From positions 1 to 28,714 of the IMG/VR virus record IMGVR_UViG_3300010376_000723: DNA of 28,714 bases. One strand, written 5' to 3'. The position numbers and the translations under genes are program-made. Of the stretch, positions 9,076 through 17,497 are shown one piece after another. The notes beneath the pieces are model-generated. The model was not told where the DNA came from, did no database searches, and saw only the letters and a program-made list of their open reading frames with translations. Origin of the DNA: a virus (Duplodnaviria; Caudoviricetes). Position 1 is the first letter of the stretch; each line of letters opens with the position of its first letter.

Positions 9076-9384
9076 CTACTTACTGGCGTCGCCCCTCAGA
9101 CGGTCGCGGGCCGCCTCGACGGCCCGGTCAAAGACAAGCTGTGCGATTTCGTTGATGTCGGTCGGCAGACCGCCCGGCTTGACCGGCGGAGGCACGTAGC
9201 GCGCCTGCTCGTATCCGGTAGCCCGAAGTGCCGCCTTGAAGGCTAGCGGCTCCCTGATGCGGTCCAGGCCGGTTAGGCGGCCATCCTGGCGGACGGCGAG
9301 CGTGGCGAAGGCTAGCGCGGTAGCGAACCTGTCGCCGTCTTTCTTGATGTGCGCTTTCTCGGCGGAGGTCGGTGTATAGTGCAT
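9076..9384 (-). CDS. Hypothetical protein (102 aa)
   Basis: AAGGGA SD; fits the leftward operon. Confidence 0.65.
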   Translation of the reverse strand: MHYTPTSAEKAHIKKDGDRFATALAFATLAVRQDGRLTGLDRIREPLAFKAALRATGYEQARYVPPPVKPGGLPTDINEIAQLVFDRAVEAARDRLRGDASK

Positions 9385-9419
9385 TTGGTTCCCTTACCGT
9401 TCAGTGCCGAACGGTGCGG

Positions 9420-9544
9420 GCGGATGACTGGCAACAGCATTGAAAAGCCTTGGCTTTTCGGTTGTATGTCGAAACAAGGACGGCGATTTTGCCGTTGTTT
9501 TTATTGATCTTTTCCGCCTTGCAAGTCATTTGCCAGTCATCCGC
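9420..9544. other. Probable attP with integrase arm-type repeats
   Basis: Immediately downstream of int; perfect 15-bp inverted repeat GCGGATGACTGGCAA (9420-9434)/TTGCCAGTCATCCGC (9530-9544), tandem TTGCAAGTCAT (9519-9529), AT-rich centre. Confidence 0.6.
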
Positions 9545-9563
9545 GTTCTTGCAACGTTTTGGC

Positions 9564-10868
9564 CTATTTCGTCTCGGTTTTGTTCAGGGCGGCGAGTACT
9601 TCATCAATCGCGGCGTTGCTGCCCTTCCAGTAGTGCTTGTGCAACACGTTTTCGCTGCCGTGGGTCGAAAACGCTTGGACCTTTTTGGTCGCGACGTTGG
9701 CGTTGATCGCGGCAGTGATTGCGCCGTGGCGGTTGTGGCGGTTCTTGACATTATCCGGCACGCCGGCCGCCAACTTGATGCGGCGCCACAGTTTGCGGAA
9801 ACTGCTTTCCTCAAACGGCAGGCCGGTCGCCGGATTGACGATAACCGGGCCGGCACCCGGCAACGGTTGCGGCAACCGGGAAAGCTCGGCCGTGATCGCG
9901 TGCGATAGCCGGACGTTGCCCACCCACCGCTCGCCGGTCTTGGAGGTGGTCACATCCAAGATCAGCTTTTCGGCGTCCTCGCGAAACTTATTCCAGCGCA
10001 GGCCGCGCATCCACTTTTGTTCGCCGCGAACAATGTCACTGACGCCGGGGTCGGTTTTCGGCACCCACTCGCCAATAATGTCCTTCTGACGAAAGCCGGT
10101 TTGGAACTGAATCGCTTGCGCCAGTGCCACGACCGGATGACCCATTTCGTGAGCCTTGCGGCGGATAGCGTCAGACTGTGCCGGCGTCATAATATTTTCG
10201 TCGTTGCCGATTTTGGTATCGTCCTCGACGGTCGCGATTTTTTGCTTTGGCATCTTTTTGAGTTTCAGCAGCGCAACCGCGCAGCCGTCATCTTCAAGAT
10301 AGCTTGCACCAAAGCCAAGCAGAATATTGACCATCGCCAGCAAGTGACCCACCAGGGCGTCGCCGGTTACGCCGGGACGGCTGGCGCGCTCGCCGGTACG
10401 CACCTCGACAAGCCACGTTTCGCGCCAAGCGTCCAGCACGCTCGGCTTAATATCCGCCGCGCGATAGCTGCCGTGATCGTCAACAAGTTGCTTATTGCGA
10501 GCGGCATAGTTTCGCCGGGTCGAGTGACGGCGGTCTTTATAGGCGCGGCTTGCCTCGTACAAAATGACAAGGCTTTTAATTGTGCCGTCAAAGCCGTTAC
10601 CGGCGCCGGTCGGTTGTGCCGGCGGGCCGCCGTTGGCGAACGTCAACATGTTCTGTTGGTTGAACTTGCAACGGCCTTTTATCAGGTCGCGTTCCGCCTC
10701 GGTCGGCGGTTCGCGACACTCGATTATCTTCTCACTGACCGGCTTGAACTTTTTGCGCGCGATGTCGCTACGACACTGCCACGTCGCGGTGCGGCCGTTT
10801 TTGCTCGGCCGCCAAATCAAGCCATGTGCGTCAGCAATTTTCCAGGGGTCTTGTATGCTACTGTTCAT
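9564..10868 (-). CDS. int: Tyrosine integrase (434 aa)
   Basis: Catalytic set: QTGFRQKD (R), TSKT (K), RHNRH (HxxR-like), STHGS (H), KHY (Y); GGAG SD. Confidence 0.9.
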   Translation of the reverse strand: MNSSIQDPWKIADAHGLIWRPSKNGRTATWQCRSDIARKKFKPVSEKIIECREPPTEAERDLIKGRCKFNQQNMLTFANGGPPAQPTGAGNGFDGTIKSLVILYEASRAYKDRRHSTRRNYAARNKQLVDDHGSYRAADIKPSVLDAWRETWLVEVRTGERASRPGVTGDALVGHLLAMVNILLGFGASYLEDDGCAVALLKLKKMPKQKIATVEDDTKIGNDENIMTPAQSDAIRRKAHEMGHPVVALAQAIQFQTGFRQKDIIGEWVPKTDPGVSDIVRGEQKWMRGLRWNKFREDAEKLILDVTTSKTGERWVGNVRLSHAITAELSRLPQPLPGAGPVIVNPATGLPFEESSFRKLWRRIKLAAGVPDNVKNRHNRHGAITAAINANVATKKVQAFSTHGSENVLHKHYWKGSNAAIDEVLAALNKTETK

Positions 10869-10891
10869 AGTATTGCTCCATTGGTTCGCAC

Positions 10892-11140
10892 CTAGCGAGA
10901 ATACCCGGAACGGTAGTTTTTATCAAGGTAATCCTCTATCGCCGGCCAGTAGCGGCGACCGCCAAAAAACGGCTGTTTTTGCGGAAAACCAAGCCGCGGG
11001 TTTTCGTCGTAAGCGTGCAGGACCCGCCGGCCAACCTTTTCGGGCAGGCCGAGTCGTTCAATCAATTCGGAGTCCGTGACCCACGGCCCATCGCGCCGCT
11101 TGCGCCCGGTCCATACCGGCTCCGGCAGTTCGTCAATCAT
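10892..11140 (-). CDS. xis: Excisionase/AlpA-like wHTH protein (82 aa)
   Basis: Directly upstream of int; GFPQKQPFFGGRRYWPAIEDYLD; GAGGT SD. Confidence 0.7.
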   Translation of the reverse strand: MIDELPEPVWTGRKRRDGPWVTDSELIERLGLPEKVGRRVLHAYDENPRLGFPQKQPFFGGRRYWPAIEDYLDKNYRSGYSR

Positions 11141-11942
11141 CCGTAACCTCGCCGGTTTCGGCGTCGTGCTCGGTGTAGTCGTCAAAGCCCTTCATTTGCT
11201 GTTCAAGGTCGAGGCGCTTTTCGTTGAACCGTTCGCGCAAAATGTTTTGCCAATCGCGCGGCAGCGTCTTTAGCCGCTCGTTGTTGTTGGTGCCCCACGT
11301 GTCGAGTTCGGTGATGCTGGTCGCGCCGTCGATTTCGGTTTGCATCTTGTCGTAAATGTCGCGCGAATTTTTCTTCGGCAACGAGTGTCGATCTTCCGGG
11401 TCCATGTCCTCGATGATGATTTTGAACTGCTTAACGCAAAACATTTTCTCGGCTTGCGTCGCACACTTGGTCGCCGCCTTGTCGTCGGTGACGCCTTTTT
11501 GATCCCGTAGCCGGGCAATGCCGGTCCACGGCACTGCCGGCCATTGCTCGCCAGTGTCGGCGTTCATCCAAATCATGTCGTACACGATAGCGAGAACGCT
11601 GCCCTTGTCGTTTTCCTCCAACAAGCTCCGCGACTGCTCCGATTGGATCAGCACAAGATTGTTTTGAACGAGTAGCGGCGAAAGCTTTTCGTTGATGTCC
11701 TCCCACTTGGCATAGCTGTAATTCTGAAACGTGTTTTTGCCTTCCTTCTGAATCCGGCCAACCTCTTTCGACACGGCAAGGATAGCCTTGCCGATGCTGG
11801 CGCAGAAAACCGGCGCGCGAGGTGCGGCCGGCGTGCGAGGTCGGCGGGTTTGCGTCGCCGGCAGTTGCGGGGCCGGCGCTTCCTTGGCGATGTCGGCTTC
11901 GGCTTCGGTGGCGATGCGTTCGGCGGTGCTGGTGTCGGTCAT
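11133..11942 (-). CDS. erf: ERF-family ssDNA annealing recombinase (269 aa)
   Basis: IQKEGKNTFQNYSYAKWEDI...DDKAATKCATQAEK ERF motifs; GAGGA SD before ATG 11942. Confidence 0.85.
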   Translation of the reverse strand: MTDTSTAERIATEAEADIAKEAPAPQLPATQTRRPRTPAAPRAPVFCASIGKAILAVSKEVGRIQKEGKNTFQNYSYAKWEDINEKLSPLLVQNNLVLIQSEQSRSLLEENDKGSVLAIVYDMIWMNADTGEQWPAVPWTGIARLRDQKGVTDDKAATKCATQAEKMFCVKQFKIIIEDMDPEDRHSLPKKNSRDIYDKMQTEIDGATSITELDTWGTNNNERLKTLPRDWQNILRERFNEKRLDLEQQMKGFDDYTEHDAETGEVTDD

Positions 11943-12184
11943 GCTGTTTTTCCTCGGGTCCAATCCGCATAGTCGCGCTCGGTCATGCCGAGTTCCTCGC
12001 GATAGGCGTCGTGATCGAATTGGTGATCGTCGCCGGCTCCGGCGTCGGGGCCAAAGCCGGGTGCGAACGCGGCGCCGGTCAGGTCGGTCGCGTCGATGTA
12101 ATGGTCCGGGTGTTCCGTAACGTAAACGGCGCGCTCCGCGGCCGTCATTTTGAGCCATAGGCCCAACGGTGTGCGGGTCCGCAT
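11939..12184 (-). CDS. Hypothetical acidic protein (81 aa), first gene of the PL operon
   Basis: GGGAG SD; ATGA coupling with erf. Confidence 0.65.
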   Translation of the reverse strand: MRTRTPLGLWLKMTAAERAVYVTEHPDHYIDATDLTGAAFAPGFGPDAGAGDDHQFDHDAYREELGMTERDYADWTRGKTA

Positions 12185-12216
12185 TGGACAACTCTCCCGC
12201 TGTTCTTGAGCGGGAG

Positions 12217-12257
12217 GATTAAGCGGTACTTGAGTCCCTATGTCAACGGGTGCTTAA
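12217..12257 (-). promoter_or_regulatory. PL-like promoter with operators
   Basis: TTGACA at 12246-12241 (minus); AAGCGGTACTT at 12221-12231 identical to the site at 12655-12665; degenerate copy at 12244-12257; the -10 is non-canonical. Confidence 0.7.
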
Positions 12258-12595
12258 CGCGCGGCGAGCGCGCCGCTCGAAGTCTTGCGCGGCGCGGGTG
12301 CCTTTCGCCGGGCTTGGCGACGCCGTACAGCGCCGAGTCCGTCAATCGCGTCGTCGGCTAAAACACAGGCGTCCAGCGGCTTAGGACACTCGCCAAAGCC
12401 GGTATGGAGCCACGCAAAGCTAACTCGTAAAGCGCGGCGCAATGCCGCGATTTTTTCGAGGCTTGGTTGCGCGGCGCCAGTCTCCCACTGGCAAATGGCC
12501 TGTGGGCTAACGTCTAGCTGTTCGGCAAGCCACCTTTGCGTGGCCTTGTCGCCTAGCTGGTTTCGCGCAAGGCGTATGCGTTCACCTATTCCCAT
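12254..12595 (-). CDS. cI: CI-like XRE repressor (113 aa, no S24 peptidase domain)
   Basis: GERIRLAR...TQRWLAEQLDVSPQAICQWETG...PSLEKI...WLHTG; divergent from cro. Confidence 0.85.
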   Translation of the reverse strand: MGIGERIRLARNQLGDKATQRWLAEQLDVSPQAICQWETGAAQPSLEKIAALRRALRVSFAWLHTGFGECPKPLDACVLADDAIDGLGAVRRRQARRKAPAPRKTSSGALAAR

Positions 12596-12677
12596 CAGGG
12601 TAGTATAAACCCCGGCTTGAGTTCCGCAAGGGGTATCGCCTTGACAAGTGTGTAAAGCGGTACTTAACCTCGGCGGC
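12596..12677. promoter_or_regulatory. OR region: divergent PRM-like and PR-like promoters with operators
   Basis: Plus TTGACA(12641)-N18-TAACCT; minus TTGCGG-N16-TATACT; operator AAGCGGTACTT 12655-12665 and AAACCCCGGCTTGA 12607-12620. Confidence 0.75.
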
Positions 12678-12905
12678 ATGAAGCTTTCCCGAGACGCCCG
12701 CAAACGGTCCTTGCATCGCGCAATCGAGGCGGCCGGCGGCTTGGCTAAGATCGCGGCGGCGCTCGATGTCACGGTGCAAGCCGTTTCGCAATGGAACGAG
12801 GTCCCGCCTTTGCGGGTGCTTGAAGTCGAACGCATTTCCGGCGTGTCACGGTCAGAATTGCGACCGGACTTGTACCCGCCGGAGTCGGCGGAAGTTTCAG
12901 CATAG
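12678..12905 (+). CDS. cro: Cro/YdaS-family HTH protein (75 aa)
   Basis: AIEAAGGLAKIAAALDVTVQAVSQW...VERISGVSRSELRPDLY. Confidence 0.88.
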   Translation: MKLSRDARKRSLHRAIEAAGGLAKIAAALDVTVQAVSQWNEVPPLRVLEVERISGVSRSELRPDLYPPESAEVSA

Positions 12906-13072
12906 GTGGCTAAGTCGATGACTTCGCCCATTCCAATTTATCTCCTTGTCTAGTGGGCTGTGTTCGGTAAGCGACATTTAAACCGCGCATTGAATGTTTG
13001 TGAACCGGCATTGCGTCACATGCTTGTGATTTGCGGAACAGTTTCATGTGAAACGCGTGAGGGAACCGAGTC

Positions 13073-13462
13073 GTGTCAGAACGTCCGTTTGCACTGCCGG
13101 CCAACAGCACCGAAACGGTTCTCGACATACCGGTGCCGCCGAGCGTCAACCGCACGCGCAAAGTCAATTGGCCGGGCCATCGTGACTATGTGAAGTGGAA
13201 GCGGCATGCCGGCTTTCACCTCGTCGCCAACGGTCAGCGGCGCAAAGCGGCGCGCGGCCTGAGTCGCTACGAGCTAACGATTACGCTTGACCGGGCGAAA
13301 TGTGGCCTGGACCCGGACAATCCGATCAAGGCGGCGATTGATCTACTGCGTGGGCTAGGCGTCATCATTGACGATAGCCCGCAATACGCCGAACGCATTG
13401 TGATCCAGTGGGGCGAGGCGCCGGACGGGTGCCGGCTCACGGTGCGGAGCGTGCATTCGTGA
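13073..13462 (+). CDS. rusA: RusA-like Holliday junction resolvase
   Basis: PVPPSVN, DPDNPIKAAIDLL and IIDDS catalytic motifs. Confidence 0.85.
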   Translation: MSERPFALPANSTETVLDIPVPPSVNRTRKVNWPGHRDYVKWKRHAGFHLVANGQRRKAARGLSRYELTITLDRAKCGLDPDNPIKAAIDLLRGLGVIIDDSPQYAERIVIQWGEAPDGCRLTVRSVHS

Positions 13463-13854
13463 GCAGCCGTTCAACCCTGTGCCCGCACTGCGGTCAGCCG
13501 ATGACGACGCGGCACGGCGTGCGACTGACGCGGATGCAATGCGAAATTTTCGACATGATCGAGCGGACCGGCGGAGTCGGTGTGCAGCCGGCGCGCTTGG
13601 CCGCGGCGATTTATCCCGGCGTGTCAAATGACGTGGCGTTGCAGCGGGTGCGGGTCACGGTCAGCCACATCAACGACCGGCTAGAGGAAACCGACGTTCG
13701 TATCCGGTTCGGCGGCTGGCAAGCGCCTTACCGCGTGGTGCGGATCAAACCATACGACGCAACCGCGGACGCGTGGGAGTCGGTCAACGACGCCTACCGC
13801 CATGTCCGCCAACGCGTCGCCAACGGCGGCCGGAAGGGATTTATGGAGCCATGA
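13459..13854 (+). CDS. CPHC + OmpR-like winged-helix regulator (131 aa)
   Basis: GTGA coupling; CPHCGQ, LTRMQCEIF, VRVTVSHINDRL. Confidence 0.7.
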   Translation: MSSRSTLCPHCGQPMTTRHGVRLTRMQCEIFDMIERTGGVGVQPARLAAAIYPGVSNDVALQRVRVTVSHINDRLEETDVRIRFGGWQAPYRVVRIKPYDATADAWESVNDAYRHVRQRVANGGRKGFMEP

Positions 13855-14393
13855 CTCCGATCACTGCCGCGCTGCGTGAGCTTATGGCGGCCGGCGTGAC
13901 CGGTGAGAAACTTGTTGCCGCTATCGAGCGGATCGAGCTAGCGGCGTTCCCGACGCGGACCAAGCACGCCATGCGGCAAGAGCGTTACCGCGAGCGTCAC
14001 AAAGCGTCACAAAGCGTCACAAGTGACGCACCGCAACCGCCAGCGACCAAGCGCGAACGGCGGCGGTCGATGCCATTGGAACTGGCGCCGGAGTTCATGC
14101 CCGACCTGAGCTATGCGACCGGACTCGGTTGGCCGATGGAACGCGCGCAAGCGGAAGCGCAAAGGTTCCTCGACTCCGCGGAAGCGCACGGCAGGAAGTA
14201 TTGCGGCGAACGCGGGTGGCGGGCCGCGTGGCGCAATTGGTGCACCTCGCCCTACCAGGGCAAAGCAAACGGAAGCGGCCATGGACGCACTCAAACCCTT
14301 GGCGACCGCGCTAGGGAACTTGCGCAACAAGCCCGCGACGCCGAGCGTGCAGCGGGTATTAGCGGAGCGGATGACGATTTCGGAAGCCACTGA
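13851..14393 (+). CDS. Replication initiator-like protein (180 aa) with internal iterons
   Basis: RQERYRER motif, C-terminal AQRFLD...WRAAWRNW (DnaT/O-like), internal 10-bp repeats. Confidence 0.7.
   Translation: MTPITAALRELMAAGVTGEKLVAAIERIELAAFPTRTKHAMRQERYRERHKASQSVTSDAPQPPATKRERRRSMPLELAPEFMPDLSYATGLGWPMERAQAEAQRFLDSAEAHGRKYCGERGWRAAWRNWCTSPYQGKANGSGHGRTQTLGDRARELAQQARDAERAAGISGADDDFGSH
13993..14029. repeat. Iterons: 3x AGCGTCACAA plus inverted GTGACGC
   Basis: Direct reading; lambdoid origins lie inside the initiator gene. Confidence 0.75.
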
Positions 14394-14844
14394 GGCCGCC
14401 GGAGCCATCATCGACCGCTATCCAAACGGCGGGCGCGGCGCTGGCGACCGCTACATAGGCGCGCTCGCCTCGGTGCTGTTGTCATTCCCCCGGCGCGTCG
14501 CGCTGCGCTGCGCCGATTTTCCCGTGAAGCCGGGGGCACGGTTGGGCGGCGTATGCGCGGCGGCCAAATTCCTACCGGCGCCCGCCGAGCTTGTCGAATG
14601 GTGCGACCGTGAGTCCGAAACGTTGCGGCGCGAAGCCGAGTATCAGCAGCGAGTCGAGGCGCAGCGCGCCGAGCGGCAAACGCCATACCGCCGCGGCCGT
14701 CTGAGCTACGGCGAACTAAAAAACAAATACGGCGATTGGCGTTCCGAATTGGACGAACGTGCGTCCGTCCAATCCGCGCCGAGCGACGACGAATTGCGCG
14801 CGATTTACGGCACGCGCCGCGAGTTGACGGATGAAAAACGTTGA
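14281..14844 (+). CDS. Replication partner/helicase-loader-like protein (187 aa)
   Basis: Follows the initiator; YIGALASVL...KFLPAPAELVEWC motif of alphaproteobacterial phage P-like proteins. Confidence 0.6.
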   Translation: MDALKPLATALGNLRNKPATPSVQRVLAERMTISEATEAAGAIIDRYPNGGRGAGDRYIGALASVLLSFPRRVALRCADFPVKPGARLGGVCAAAKFLPAPAELVEWCDRESETLRREAEYQQRVEAQRAERQTPYRRGRLSYGELKNKYGDWRSELDERASVQSAPSDDELRAIYGTRRELTDEKR

Positions 14845-14888
14845 CGCCTTCACCCGCCGCCAGTTGCGGCCGAACGAGGAACTATTCC

Positions 14889-15095
14889 ATGCCGAGAACA
14901 AAACCAAAGACCAAGGCGGCCAAGCGCGAGGTGGTGCGCGAGGACATGCACCGCTTCAAACACGGCACCCTGAAAAGCGGATCGGGCGACAAGGTGACAA
15001 ACCGCAAGCAGGCCGTCGCCATCGCCCTTAACCAAGCCGGCGAAGGCCGCAAACGCAAGGCACGCGACAAGCGCCTGGAAAGTGCCAAGCTATGA
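14889..15095 (+). CDS. DUF6496-like basic protein (68 aa)
   Basis: MHRFKHGTLKSGSGDKVTNRKQAVAIAL signature; GAGG SD. Confidence 0.8.
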   Translation: MPRTKPKTKAAKREVVREDMHRFKHGTLKSGSGDKVTNRKQAVAIALNQAGEGRKRKARDKRLESAKL

Positions 15096-15415
15096 ACGAT
15101 GAAGCCGAACGCGCGGCCATGCCGCCGATGCGCGCGGCGCGGCCGAAAGGTACGGGGCCACATGAGGCGCCCGGAGCGCCGGCAACGCCGCAGGCACAAC
15201 CGGAGCATTTCGTTGCTCGCAATGCCGACGAACTACGCGAACAGTTGCGCGCCTCCGTGGTGGCGAACGGCGGCACTCCGCCGGAGCCGGAGCCTGCACA
15301 GCCGCCGCCGGAGCGCACTGCACTCGACGCCCTGGTGGTCATCGCGAAGGAATTGGAGCCGTTCGACCGCCGCACCCGACGCAAGATCATGCAAACCATC
15401 ATGGACCTAACGTAA
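15092..15415 (+). CDS. Hypothetical protein (107 aa)
   Basis: ATGA coupling; Pro-rich linker and helical C-term. Confidence 0.65.
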   Translation: MNDEAERAAMPPMRAARPKGTGPHEAPGAPATPQAQPEHFVARNADELREQLRASVVANGGTPPEPEPAQPPPERTALDALVVIAKELEPFDRRTRRKIMQTIMDLT

Positions 15416-15428
15416 GTCAGTCGGTGTA

Positions 15429-15920
15429 ATGAGCGTGCTACTGGCGGCCGGCAACGAACCGTTGCCGCGCCGAACCTACAAAACGGCCGAACATGAGGAA
15501 GATGAAACGCGCATTGCCGAGGTCTTTGCGCGGTGGGCCAAAGCTGGTCAGCTTAAAATCGGCATTGACTTCCCGGACCGGCAGAAGTCGCGCATTGACC
15601 GCTTGCTGTACCGCAATCAAGCGGTCGTCGCTTTCTTTGAGGTCAAGACAACCGGCTACACGTTCGGTTACTTCGATGGCGGTTGGTGCACCGGCTTAAA
15701 GAAGGTCGAAGCCTGCCGGGAGCTACGCGGCCTCGTTTGTGTTCCCGTGTTGCTTGTTGTCGAGTTCCTTTGTGGTCGCATTGCCTATGTCGATACCGCG
15801 GCGGAGGTCCGCATACGCGACGGCTTCGGCCGCAAAGATCGAGACGACGCGGCCGACATTGTGCGCGCCGCCTGCTTCGACTGGAAACAATTTCGAACCA
15901 TAAGGGAGTCGACTCGATGA
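15429..15920 (+). CDS. PD-(D/E)XK nuclease-like protein (163 aa)
   Basis: E...IDRLLY...AFFEVKT motif. Confidence 0.65.
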   Translation: MSVLLAAGNEPLPRRTYKTAEHEEDETRIAEVFARWAKAGQLKIGIDFPDRQKSRIDRLLYRNQAVVAFFEVKTTGYTFGYFDGGWCTGLKKVEACRELRGLVCVPVLLVVEFLCGRIAYVDTAAEVRIRDGFGRKDRDDAADIVRAACFDWKQFRTIRESTR

Positions 15921-16135
15921 AGCTTGCTCGCCTGTTCTACTCGGTTGCGCCGGAGAAGTGGTTTGACTTCCCGATACAGGAAGGCAACACGTTTGCCAAT
16001 TTCATGTTGCATGTGCGCAGCCAAGGCTTTTGCCTCGACGCAACGCTTAACGCCTACGTGGCGGCCGGCGACATCAAAGCTGCGTTTCAGATTGAAACCG
16101 ATACGCTGCCAACCGCAGGGATGACCAAGCAATGA
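15917..16135 (+). CDS. Hypothetical protein (72 aa)
   Basis: AGGGAG SD; ATGA coupling at both ends. Confidence 0.65.
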   Translation: MKLARLFYSVAPEKWFDFPIQEGNTFANFMLHVRSQGFCLDATLNAYVAAGDIKAAFQIETDTLPTAGMTKQ

Positions 16136-16378
16136 TAAAAGGCGACATCCACGACAAGCTCTTTACCGCCATCGGCGGGCGATCAGACGGCAACGGCGTT
16201 TATTGACTTGGACCCCGCCGAGCTAACGGCGGCGGGCAATGCGTTGCTGATTGTGGTTGCTACACTCATGATCGCGGTCAATGAGGATAGCTTTGACGCA
16301 TGGATAGCGGCGCTGCGCCGGCAGCGCGACGAATTGCGCGACATGATTGTGCCGCTAGACGAAACGCCGCTGCAATGA
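16132..16378 (+). pseudogene. Frameshifted small gene (~81 aa if repaired)
   Basis: Coupled ATG 16132 frame stops at 16206; the +1 frame continues as ...AFIDLDPAELTAAGNALLIVV...ETPLQ to TGA 16378, coupled to the next ATG. Confidence 0.55.
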
Positions 16379-16617
16379 CACACAAGACTCTCGACGCGTT
16401 AAGCTACGTCTATCTGGCGGAAATAACCGCCCGGGCATTCCGCTCTAATGAGCCGATTTACCGCACCCTGTGCGATGAAGGCTTGTTGGAGCGCGCGGCC
16501 GACAAAACAATAACGGGCGGGTGTTTCCCGCCCGTCACCGTCAGAGGCTTTAAGCTTACGCGCGCCGGCCAGCTTATGCTTTCTGAGTCCGGCCGGGCGG
16601 CTCCATTGCCTCGATGA
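16375..16617 (+). CDS. Small wHTH-like protein (80 aa)
   Basis: LCDEGLLE...GFKLTRAG pattern; ATGA coupling. Confidence 0.6.
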   Translation: MTHKTLDALSYVYLAEITARAFRSNEPIYRTLCDEGLLERAADKTITGGCFPPVTVRGFKLTRAGQLMLSESGRAAPLPR

Positions 16618-16816
16618 TTTGATCCAGCGGGTAGCCCTGCCGCTTGCACCACGCAATCAGCCGCAACAGCTTGGCCGCGGTGACCGATGGCGGCCGGTCG
16701 CCGCCGGAGTGCAGGAAGGTCGAGCGCCGGCAGATACCAAGCAGTTCGGCCGGCACAATGCCGCGCGGCGGCATATCCAGCGCGTCGAAAAGTTCGTTGT
16801 ATTCCTTGCGTCGCAT
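16574..16816 (-). CDS. Small HTH regulator (80 aa)
   Basis: AELLGICRRST...GDRPPSVTAAKLLRL XRE-like pattern; GAGGTG SD. Confidence 0.7.
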   Translation of the reverse strand: MRRKEYNELFDALDMPPRGIVPAELLGICRRSTFLHSGGDRPPSVTAAKLLRLIAWCKRQGYPLDQIIEAMEPPGRTQKA

Positions 16817-16910
16817 AGTGCACCTCTGCGGTTGATAGGTTATAAGCCCGTTGGGCCGCCGCGGAATGCCGGCTTACGTCCTTTGCGGGCCGGCGGCCCG
16901 TCGCGGCTTA

Positions 16911-16940
16911 GGGGCCGGCGGGAGGCAACCCGCCGGCCCC
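16911..16940. repeat. Perfect 12-bp-stem hairpin
   Basis: GGGGCCGGCGGG-aggcaa-CCCGCCGGCCCC, intergenic, no U-tract. Confidence 0.7.
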
Positions 16941-16946
16941 GCCTTG

Positions 16947-17144
16947 TTAAGATGCCGCCGCGGCTTTGATCTTCTCGCCGGCCGCATCCTCTCGTTCATT
17001 GTAGTAAGCACGCCAATCGCCGTCAGTGCACTCCATGGCGGCACGATACCAACACTCTTTAGCGCGGTGCCAATCGCCGGTAAGCTCCGCGGTTTGTGCC
17101 GCGTCGGACCATAGGACAAAATTAAAACCTTTAGCTTTTGCCAT
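16947..17144 (-). CDS. Hypothetical helical protein (65 aa)
   Basis: GGAG SD; same strand as the early cluster. Confidence 0.65.
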   Translation of the reverse strand: MAKAKGFNFVLWSDAAQTAELTGDWHRAKECWYRAAMECTDGDWRAYYNEREDAAGEKIKAAAAS

Positions 17145-17310
17145 TGTCGGCACTCCGGTTTGTCAGGTCGATCAAGTCGAGTTGTGCCGCGTCATCGCCA
17201 AAGAGTCCGATGTCGCACGGCTGTTGCGGTTGGCGCGGCTTAATGCGGCCTTCAATAAGCCGCTGCGCGTAGCTCTTGGCTTGCGCCGGGTCGGTAAAGA
17301 GTGGGTCCAT
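17131..17310 (-). CDS. Small protein (59 aa, not in the ORF track) with QLDL motif
   Basis: Manual translation MDPLFTDPAQAKSYAQRLIEGRIKPRQPQQPCDIGLFGDDAAQLDLIDLTNRSADNGKS; preceded by CAGCAAAGGA leader. Confidence 0.65.
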   Translation of the reverse strand: MDPLFTDPAQAKSYAQRLIEGRIKPRQPQQPCDIGLFGDDAAQLDLIDLTNRSADNGKS

Positions 17311-17352
17311 CGTGTTCGGTCCTTTGCTGTTAAACCCGCGGCATGCGGGGCC

Positions 17353-17414
17353 TGTCAGGCAATCTAATCTAGTGCACAGAATGCACTAAGAGTCAAACGT
17401 GTCAGGCAATCTAA
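17353..17414 (-). promoter_or_regulatory. Early promoter with TGCAC-N3-GTGCA-type operator, flanked by 15-bp direct repeats
   Basis: TTGACT at 17396-17391 (minus); operator 17373-17385 (1 mismatch); TGTCAGGCAATCTAA at 17353 and 17400. Confidence 0.6.
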
Positions 17415-17497
17415 GCTTTGGATTTGTCGGGCGATTTAAGATTCGGCGCGATGCTTTGAATCGGCAAAACGGAATTAGCTTAGAGGTCGTGCGGCCG

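Noticed and set aside
11943-12191. 352-aa version of ERF
   Set aside because: The extension is a shadow of the 81-aa gene; SD and coupling favour ATG 11942
12596-12931. 225-aa version of the repressor
   Set aside because: The extension overlaps cro and OR; the HTH begins at ATG 12595
14831-15031. 66-aa ORF overlapping DUF6496
   Set aside because: Alternative frame of a recognisable gene
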